Shown piece after piece: positions 25,766 through 32,000 of a stretch of DNA of 32,000 nt. The stretch lies in the NCBI RefSeq assembly GCF_054391665.1, contig NZ_CM136172.1. One strand, written 5' to 3'. The first letter of the stretch is position 1. Each line of letters starts with the position of its first letter. Both the position numbers and the translations under genes were made by a program. Below the pieces are notes generated by a model that made no database searches, was not told the DNA's origin, and worked only from the letters and a program-made list of their open reading frames with translations.

Positions 25766-28612
25766 TCAGAAAGTCACATTCAGCGTGGCCTGACCGTTAT
25801 AACCTTCAGCGCTGCTGCCGCTGACGCTGTGGGCATAACCGGCCTGAACGCCCAGGGTGATATTTTCCCGGACACGGGCTTCCAGTCCGGCCTGCAGGTC
25901 CAGTGACGTGCCATTCCGGGACGGTGAGAACGTCATGTTACTGCCGGCGGCGGCTGTACCCATGCTCATGTCACCCCGGGAGCTGAAAGTGCGGATAACA
26001 GAAGGCTGTACCCACCAGTTCACCGGCAGTTCACTCACACGGTGTTTTGTACTGTCGCGCAGAGTGTCACGGGATGAGGTGCCTTCGCCAAAGGTCATAT
26101 CGTTGTGGCTGCCCAGACGGAAGCCGGCACGCACATGTTGTGCACTGCCATGCCCGAACTTCACATAACCGGCGTTATCCTGGCCGTCATCCAGGGAAAG
26201 TCCCTGCCAGGTATACTGCAGTTGTGGCTCCAGCATCAGGTTGTCAGTGATACTGAAGGGCAGACCGGTTTCCAGTGAGCCCAGCCAGCCCCAGCCGCGG
26301 GCGCGGAAGTCGTTATTGTCCGATGACGCTTTCATGCTGTGGCGGGTTCCCTGTGCCACAATGTCAGCCCACAGGCCGGAGGACGTGTGTGTCAGATTCA
26401 GGTATCCGCCCAGGCTGCCGGCATCATTCCGGACCGTGCCGGCGCGGGAACCGTCATCATCCTTAACATCAACGGAAGAATGGCCTGCGGCACCATGCAC
26501 CCCTGTCGTCAGAGACATACCGGCAACCTCTGTTCTGAGCAGGTCACCCTCCAGACGGACGAAGCCATAGCTGCCGCTGCTTTCCGGCGTGGCTCCACGG
26601 GCAATACCGCCGTTGTTATCGTGACCGAGATGACCGCCCTGAATGCTGAGACGGACGCTGTTATTTTCACCGTTTACACCGGTCTGATGGCTGCGGGAGC
26701 CTGCCAGAATCCGGTCATAGTCCATTGCCTGTGTCAGCATGGATGTATACAGGGGGACTTCAGCACGATAAGCATTTTCACTGCGCAGGTACCAGTCTTC
26801 ATCGCTGTCACGGTTCAGGGTGTAGTTAAAGGCGCCGGCCTGAAGCGGGCGACTCAGGGCAAACGCACCTTCTTCTGTGGTGGCGCCATTCTGTGCATCC
26901 ACAACCCGGATACCCTGTCCGGAGGTTGCCACCCCGAGGTTGCTGTTTCCGACATTTGTAAACGCAAGCCAGGTTTTGCCGGTTGCCTGACCACCATTAA
27001 TCACCAGCTGGTCAGAGGCATTGCTGCCATCAAGGCGAACACGCATATTGATGGTGCCACCCTGACCGGTGAGGTTACTGGTGGTCAGTTTATGGAACGT
27101 TACCGGGGAGTCGCCTTTTGCAACAGCACGGCTCAGTACGGCATCCGGTGTTGTCTGATTGTCAAAGTAAATCTCCCCTGCGTTAACAATATCGCCGGTA
27201 CTGACCACATCACCATTCAGTACCATGCTGGCGCCTTTACTGAGCTGTGTTCTGCCACTCAGACTTCCCCCGGCAGCCAGCATCAGTGTTCCACGATGTC
27301 CGACAGTGGTGTTGCTGGCCTGTCCCCCGGCATTAACCGTAAAGCTGCCGCCATTTTCCAGCAGCAGTCCGCTGGCCTGACCGGATGTGCCATCAATACT
27401 GAACTTACCGCTGGCATTGGTCCCCTCAACAGTGGCACCACTGTCTGCAATCAGGGCACTACCGGATGTCATGGTGACATCTGTTGCCTTACCACCGGCA
27501 GACACTGCCAGGGTTCCGCCGTCATCCACCCGTGTTTTCTGCGCTGAATGGCCTTCCAGTACATCCAGGCGACCGCCGGACTCCAGAACAACGCCGTCAG
27601 CCTTACCGTTTTCCACCGTGAAATTGCCCAGACGGTTGCTGCCAAGAACCGTTGCCGCAGTACTGGTGACCAGTGCTCCACCCTGTTTCAGGGTGACATT
27701 CGTGGCTGTACCACCGGCGTTCACCTGCAGTTTGCCTTTCTGGTTAACGGTGGTGAAATCCGCCAGACCACCTTCCTTGACAATCTGCCAGCCGTCACTG
27801 TTTACAACCGTGTCAGAGGCTGTGCCTCCGTTGTGCACATACTGGTAACCGCCATTCAGTGTGGTATCCAGCGCATGCCCGTGTACCGTCTGGTCGCCGC
27901 CGGCATAAACCACAGTGGTATTTGCTGTTCCTTCAACAGCCACAATCTGACGACCATTTTTATTGATGGTGGTACGTACGGCATTTCCGCGAACAAACTG
28001 CCCGGTATCACCATTTTCTGCATCTGGTCCCCCTTCCGCGCCGGTATTCACAACCGTGTCGGTTGCCATTGCGCCGGATTTGACGGCCTGCCAGCCCTTC
28101 TCATTAATGACGGTACCCGTTGCAATCCCGCCTTCATGTACCCACTGCTCACCGCCGTTCAGAGTGGTATTCACTGCCTGCCCCTGAAGGCTCTGTCCGC
28201 CTCCGGCACTGATAACCGTGTCTGAAACGCTTCCTCCGGCATTCACTCTCTGAAGACCACCACCGGTGACAGTAGTGTTGTTGGCGATACCGCCATTTTG
28301 TATCCATTGCCCGCCGGTATTGGCCTCGTTATCCGGCCCATACTCCAGACCGGTACTGATGGTCATTCCGTTGGCCGTACCGAGAACAATCTGGTTGTCA
28401 TGATTTGTCAGTGTTCCGCCGCTCACGGTTTCTCCCGCCTGTACAACCGTGTCAGCAGCCAGTGCCGGAACTGATGTGACAGCAGCAAGAGACAGCGCAA
28501 TCGCCACACCGGTGCGTTTTCCCCGTGAGCGCGCCAGTTCGGAAGCCACCACCAGGGTGCCCGTAATGTGATTCCATACCAGCCTGTAGCTGGTGTTCAG
28601 ATGTCGTTTCAT
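25766..28612 (-). CDS. flu: Antigen 43-family self-associating autotransporter adhesin
   Basis: An extended signal peptide [52 protein letters not shown] is followed by a beta-helix passenger with degenerate ~19-aa G-rich repeats. The C-terminal beta-barrel ends ..ATLNVTF. I took the start at the ATG at 28612 (948 aa), not the 973-aa ORF start. Confidence 0.95.
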   Translation of the reverse strand: MKRHLNTSYRLVWNHITGTLVVASELARSRGKRTGVAIALSLAAVTSVPALAADTVVQAGETVSGGTLTNHDNQIVLGTANGMTISTGLEYGPDNEANTGGQWIQNGGIANNTTVTGGGLQRVNAGGSVSDTVISAGGGQSLQGQAVNTTLNGGEQWVHEGGIATGTVINEKGWQAVKSGAMATDTVVNTGAEGGPDAENGDTGQFVRGNAVRTTINKNGRQIVAVEGTANTTVVYAGGDQTVHGHALDTTLNGGYQYVHNGGTASDTVVNSDGWQIVKEGGLADFTTVNQKGKLQVNAGGTATNVTLKQGGALVTSTAATVLGSNRLGNFTVENGKADGVVLESGGRLDVLEGHSAQKTRVDDGGTLAVSAGGKATDVTMTSGSALIADSGATVEGTNASGKFSIDGTSGQASGLLLENGGSFTVNAGGQASNTTVGHRGTLMLAAGGSLSGRTQLSKGASMVLNGDVVSTGDIVNAGEIYFDNQTTPDAVLSRAVAKGDSPVTFHKLTTSNLTGQGGTINMRVRLDGSNASDQLVINGGQATGKTWLAFTNVGNSNLGVATSGQGIRVVDAQNGATTEEGAFALSRPLQAGAFNYTLNRDSDEDWYLRSENAYRAEVPLYTSMLTQAMDYDRILAGSRSHQTGVNGENNSVRLSIQGGHLGHDNNGGIARGATPESSGSYGFVRLEGDLLRTEVAGMSLTTGVHGAAGHSSVDVKDDDGSRAGTVRNDAGSLGGYLNLTHTSSGLWADIVAQGTRHSMKASSDNNDFRARGWGWLGSLETGLPFSITDNLMLEPQLQYTWQGLSLDDGQDNAGYVKFGHGSAQHVRAGFRLGSHNDMTFGEGTSSRDTLRDSTKHRVSELPVNWWVQPSVIRTFSSRGDMSMGTAAAGSNMTFSPSRNGTSLDLQAGLEARVRENITLGVQAGYAHSVSGSSAEGYNGQATLNVTF

Positions 28613-28835
28613 CAGCTTTTCCTTACAGAGGGTGAATAAAAAAGCCGGTACCCACAAAAGTGGATACCGGCAGGTACAAAACAGCATGGTCAGATAAAGT
28701 GGTTTTTCCCGGACATAAATGCTTCCCCTCTCTCATCCGCCAGAGAAGTATCAGTCCGTTGTGTGCAATTCCGTTCTGCATGATGAAGAGATTCAGCTGC
28801 CTTTTCGCAGACCATTAACCACTATAAACGATCGA

Positions 28836-28880
28836 TGGTAACGATCGATACCTGTTTTATCGATCGTTTTATTCTATTAA
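28836..28880 (-). promoter_or_regulatory. agn43 phase-variation switch: three GATC (Dam) sites within the OxyR operator
   Basis: GATC sites lie at 28840-28843, 28853-28856 and 28872-28875, within AAACGATCGATGGTAACGATCGATACCTGTTTTATCGATCGTTTTATT. This is essentially the known agn43 regulatory sequence, immediately downstream of the predicted -10. Confidence 0.85.
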
Positions 28881-28909
28881 CAGCAGGGCAGTCACGCAAG
28901 AGAAACAGG
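28881..28909 (-). promoter_or_regulatory. Predicted sigma-70 promoter of agn43
   Basis: On the minus strand, TTGCGT (28904-28909), a 17-nt spacer and TAGAAT (28881-28886) directly precede the GATC cluster. Confidence 0.6.
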
Positions 28910-28984
28910 AGGGGGATGGAGTGTTTGTATCATGTTTTCAGTTGGTTAACGCAATGTAATCAGGCATTTCCCCTGGCAGAGTGT

Positions 28985-29857
28985 TCAGAAGAAAATCCAG
29001 TTCCATACAGCGCGGGCAACAGAGACCACCGTGTCACGGACGGCACGCAGAACCGTACGGGCAACAGAGGCAACACAGACGCTCTCCGCCGTGTCAAATA
29101 TCCGGTCCACCGCACCGGTAAACTGTTCACGGGCCTGAGCGCGGACAGATTCCGTGCGCAGCTCGTCCTGCAGGCGGGTCATCAGGGGACTGGCGGCATG
29201 GTCGGGAAGTGCTGTCATTAGCGCACTGACCAGCGTATCCAGTTCCCAGCCGGTGCGGGCCGATACGGCAACAACCGGATGTACGGGCCGGAACAGACGG
29301 AATACCGCCTCCGTTTTCTCCCGAATGTTCTGTGCCTGTGCGGGAGAAGGCTGAATGCCGGCCATATCCCATTCATGGCAGGGCTCCGTTTTGTCGGCCT
29401 GCGTCACCACAAACAGCACCTGCTGATGTCCCCGGTGCAGGATGTGTCGCCAGAAATACTCATCCACAGACAGGGCACGGTCATCGGCTTTAATCAGCCA
29501 CAGTACCAGGTCAAGTTCAGGCAGAATGTCACGGTACAGGGCTTCATACTCTGCATCCCTGTCCCGGCTCTCGCCCACCCCGGGCAGGTCAGTGATAACC
29601 ATGCTGTGACCATGTCCACTCAGACGGAAGCGCCGCACTTCCCGGGTGCCGGCGTGAACATCACTGACCGGGGTGACCTCCCCCTGAAACAGTGCATTAC
29701 AGAGTGAGGATTTACCGGCCCCGCTTTTACCCATAATGCCAATCACGGGTTCGTGACTGGTGAGTTTGCGCAGATGTTCCAGGATGTGACGGGAAAGTGA
29801 GTAAGGCAGAGAGGAGAGGGGTTTTTCAATTGCCTCAATGGCATCAGACGGATTCAT
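28985..29857 (-). CDS. yeeP: YeeP/YfjP/YkfA-family GTPase, intact
   Basis: It has a P-loop GKSGAGKSSLCNALF, a G3 motif DLPGVGE and a G4-like TQADK. The tail is hydrophobic/amphipathic (..VCVASVARTVLRAVRDTVVSVARAVWNWIFF). I chose the start at 29857 (290 aa) because the 303-aa start lies inside the upstream terminator. Confidence 0.85.
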   Translation of the reverse strand: MNPSDAIEAIEKPLSSLPYSLSRHILEHLRKLTSHEPVIGIMGKSGAGKSSLCNALFQGEVTPVSDVHAGTREVRRFRLSGHGHSMVITDLPGVGESRDRDAEYEALYRDILPELDLVLWLIKADDRALSVDEYFWRHILHRGHQQVLFVVTQADKTEPCHEWDMAGIQPSPAQAQNIREKTEAVFRLFRPVHPVVAVSARTGWELDTLVSALMTALPDHAASPLMTRLQDELRTESVRAQAREQFTGAVDRIFDTAESVCVASVARTVLRAVRDTVVSVARAVWNWIFF

Positions 29858-29873
29858 ACATGTATTCCCGGTG

Positions 29874-29912
29874 AAAAAAGACAAAACCCCGCACACCGGA
29901 AAGGTGGCGGGG
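29874..29912 (-). terminator. Rho-independent terminator of the 290-aa orphan gene
   Basis: On the minus strand, CCCCGCCACC-TTTCC-GGTG(T)GCGGGG (29887-29912, one bulge) is followed by TTTTGTCTTTTTT. Confidence 0.8.
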
Positions 29913-29955
29913 GACTCACGGAGATAATATCTGTCTGAAATTATTTTGAATGGTT

Positions 29956-30828
29956 TTATTTTTTAATTTTGCTACGGTAAATCATGTCCAGAGCACTTTC
30001 AATAACCCGGTCATTTGAGATACCCTCGTTTATGGATAATTTTCTCAGTTTGTCATATGCCTCCTGTGAAATATTTACGTTCAGGGGGCGCAGCTTTTTA
30101 TCAACCCTATTTTTTATTCTGTTTTTTTGGGTAGCCCAGGCGCTTTTAAACTTCCGGGTAAACAGTTCTACTGAGTCTGGTGAATTCTGGTTGTTTTTTT
30201 TCCATGTGAAGTAACTGGCATAACACCAGGCCATAATCTCTTCAGATGATTCTCCACAGACATAGTTCAGGGAAATGTTCGTCTTTTCCTGAATATATTT
30301 TTTGAGCCATGAGCAGATATCAAAATTTCTGGCCTTAACCTCTCTGAAAATATCATCTTTTTCGAGTAGTGTGGTCCATTCAATACTTTTCTGGTTCAGG
30401 TAATTTGATGGTGTGTATAAAATGAAAGGCCAGTTGTCAATACACCTGCGTATGGCATCCACCCTCACGCTGTGGTGAGAAGGCAGTGACTCCGGAGATA
30501 AACAGGTAAGGGTATTTTCATAACCGTTTATCTTAATCATTTCATATAATTCACAAGTCAACCATAAACTGGCGCGGGCATCATTACGATACCAGTTAAG
30601 ATCATCCTCAGATGGTAAGGAATCGAAGTAACGCTGGTCTGTTTCAGCCAGAAAATTATTTATTTTCAGTGTGTCAGCACCCTGTGAAATAAGAGTGTTT
30701 AAAATCCGTTTCTGATACGAGAAATAATCTTTATCGGCCAGGCTTGATGGTAAATAAAACCCATTTTCATTTAAGCGCCTTTCAAGATATCGTATTCTGC
30801 TTCTTTCATCTTCCACAACCTTAACCAT
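29956..30828 (-). CDS. Hypothetical 290-aa protein with an RHH (CopG/Arc)-like C-terminal ~40 aa. The N-terminal ~240 aa are unrecognised.
   Basis: The ORF is intact with a GAAGGAGAG Shine-Dalgarno sequence. The C-terminus RPLNVNISQEAYDKLRKLSINEGISNDRVIESALDMIY fits a strand-helix-helix pattern. The gene is AT-rich (21/60 G+C at 30301-30360) compared with its neighbour (34/60 at 29401-29460). Confidence 0.7.
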   Translation of the reverse strand: MVKVVEDERSRIRYLERRLNENGFYLPSSLADKDYFSYQKRILNTLISQGADTLKINNFLAETDQRYFDSLPSEDDLNWYRNDARASLWLTCELYEMIKINGYENTLTCLSPESLPSHHSVRVDAIRRCIDNWPFILYTPSNYLNQKSIEWTTLLEKDDIFREVKARNFDICSWLKKYIQEKTNISLNYVCGESSEEIMAWCYASYFTWKKNNQNSPDSVELFTRKFKSAWATQKNRIKNRVDKKLRPLNVNISQEAYDKLRKLSINEGISNDRVIESALDMIYRSKIKK

Positions 30829-30849
30829 AGTATCTCTCCTTCAGTCAGG

Positions 30850-30927
30850 ATAATCACACGTGATTTTAAGTAAAATCAAAGCATCTTTAGCATGATTTTC
30901 TCATAAATTTCAGTTCATTTCACGTGT
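30850..30927 (-). promoter_or_regulatory. Predicted promoter of the 290-aa gene, with an inverted pair of ACACGTGA motifs as candidate operators
   Basis: On the minus strand, TTGATT (30874-30879), an 18-nt spacer and TGtGATTAT (the -10 at 30850-30855 with an extended TG) form the promoter. ACACGTGA occurs at 30856-30863 on the + strand and at 30920-30927 on the - strand. The first copy also forms AATCAC-ac-GTGATT (30852-30865). Confidence 0.35.
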
Positions 30928-32000
30928 ATAAATTAAGGGGCGGGAGATACCTCATGTTATCTTTTTGTATCTGCTGACTGGGAGGGGGTTTTATAAAAGT
31001 ACATTCTTTGCCAGGACGGTTGAAGTGCATTCACAGGAGTGAACCGCTCTTTTTATTTTCCGGGAAGAGCGCTTTCTCCTCTCATCCTGTTATTATTAAT
31101 TTACTTTCGTTTTCGCCTTCGGGCAACTCTCCCCTTTGCCTTAAACAACACAGTTAATCCCGCGTCAGGTTATTAAGGTAAATGTTGATATGAATTTCAC
31201 CAGAGACGATGAGTTTCATTGTGAGAATCATTGTATCCTGTATTTTGATGCGTCTCTCCATGACTTTAACAGAGGGCTTCATATTTTTATTTACGATAAG
31301 TCTGGTTTTACGTTACTGGAGATAAAATGACTAACGGTCATCACTTTCCTCATTAATCATATCTTACAGATATGGTATTGTTCACCAGTCTGTCACGGGT
31401 ACAGGGAAATCATATGGGCTTCCTTGTCAGAGAAAATGACTGGTCGGAAATTTATTCGGGAATTCATTGTAGTGCCTGCAGACACAGATATATCGTTAAC
31501 GTAAACTATAATTGACGGACGATACGGGAGTTACAGTGACTCATGAACCATGAATTTCATAAGCCATGATGGCAAGTAAATATTCCTGATTACCGTAAAG
31601 TATTTCTTAGATATTACCATACCCTCTGGCGTTACTGATTTACTGATAGATATGGCATCCAGAATTATCATAACATTTCATCCGTTGACATTATTTACCC
31701 GGTCTAATAGCTTTTTTAATAAAGCTGACTTTCAGATCACTCTTCCTGAGACTACTGTTTTTCCGGTATCAGTTCACGGTGGTGGCAAAGAAAAAATTTA
31801 AAACCCATCAGTCGTTTAATTTACAACAATGTACTCAGGCTGCGTGGTCCGCTGACAGCCAGACCTGATGTGGCTGCTATTTCTGCATGAATTGACGTGT
31901 GTACCGTCTGAAGCTCGTTGTCGACTGCTTCACAACACTGATATGTTAGCATGATACGAGTTCCCGGACTGTTACTTCAGGTTTTACAGGGCTTTATTGA

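Larger units (their letters stand above)
20224..32000. mobile_element. selC-integrated CP4-44/CP4-57-like genomic island, distal (att repeat) end. It continues beyond the right window edge.
   Basis: It starts at the selC 3' repeat facing setC. The gene set and order are typical of E. coli CP4-type prophage remnants. The integrase and intact selC are expected to the right of the window. Confidence 0.75.

Noticed and set aside
23272-28225. Large plus-strand ORFs antisense to recognised genes (319 aa at 23272-24231, 284 aa at 24522-25376, 402 aa at 26339-27547, 225 aa at 27548-28225, and others)
   Set aside because: Each lies opposite a gene with clear family identity (RadC, antirestriction, DUF932, Ag43). 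Their translations are low-complexity with no recognisable motifs. This is a typical GC-rich antisense artefact.
31043-31078. The hairpin CGCTCTT-N13-AAGAGCG as a terminator or small-RNA element
   Set aside because: It has a 7-bp stem with a large loop and no adjacent T-run on either strand, which is too weak to call.

Overview
The window reads as Escherichia coli chromosome around the selC/setC locus. It falls into three blocks.

(i) nt 1 to ~15,950 is a horizontally acquired, compositionally mosaic island.
- It carries the last ~8.7 kb of a giant intimin/invasin-family Ig-repeat adhesin (Air/EaeX-like). The gene is open to the left window edge and contains 16 tandem 291-bp (97-aa) repeats.
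- It carries a HilA-like regulator (EilA-like).
- It carries an orphan SPI-1-type type III secretion translocon operon in sicA-sipB-sipC-sipD order (eicA-eipB-eipC-eipD). No secretion-apparatus genes are present.

(ii) ~16,040 to 19,590 holds K-12-type core genes: yicS, nlpA, yicL and setC.

(iii) 19,590 to 32,000 shows layered accretion at selC.
- First come a decayed rhuM-like fragment and a 24-nt copy of the selC 3' end (att-type repeat).
- Then comes a CP4-44/CP4-57-like island segment: DUF4942, a DUF957-like gene, DUF5983/YeeW-like, the CbtA/CbeA type IV toxin-antitoxin pair, YeeT, RadC/YeeS, an antirestriction gene, DUF932, DUF905, Ag43 with its 3xGATC Dam/OxyR phase switch, and a YeeP-like GTPase.
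- Last come an AT-rich orphan 290-aa gene with an RHH-like C-terminus and ~1.2 kb of ORF-poor DNA.

I saw no rRNA, no intact tRNA and no CRISPR array. Nothing here is demonstrably undescribed. The best candidates for unexplored biology are:
- the orphan translocon, regulator and adhesin module;
- the mosaic 16-unit repeat array;
- the genes translationally coupled downstream of cbtA;
- the self-contained 290-aa orphan gene.

All calls rest on reading the translated ORFs against remembered family sequences. No searches were run.
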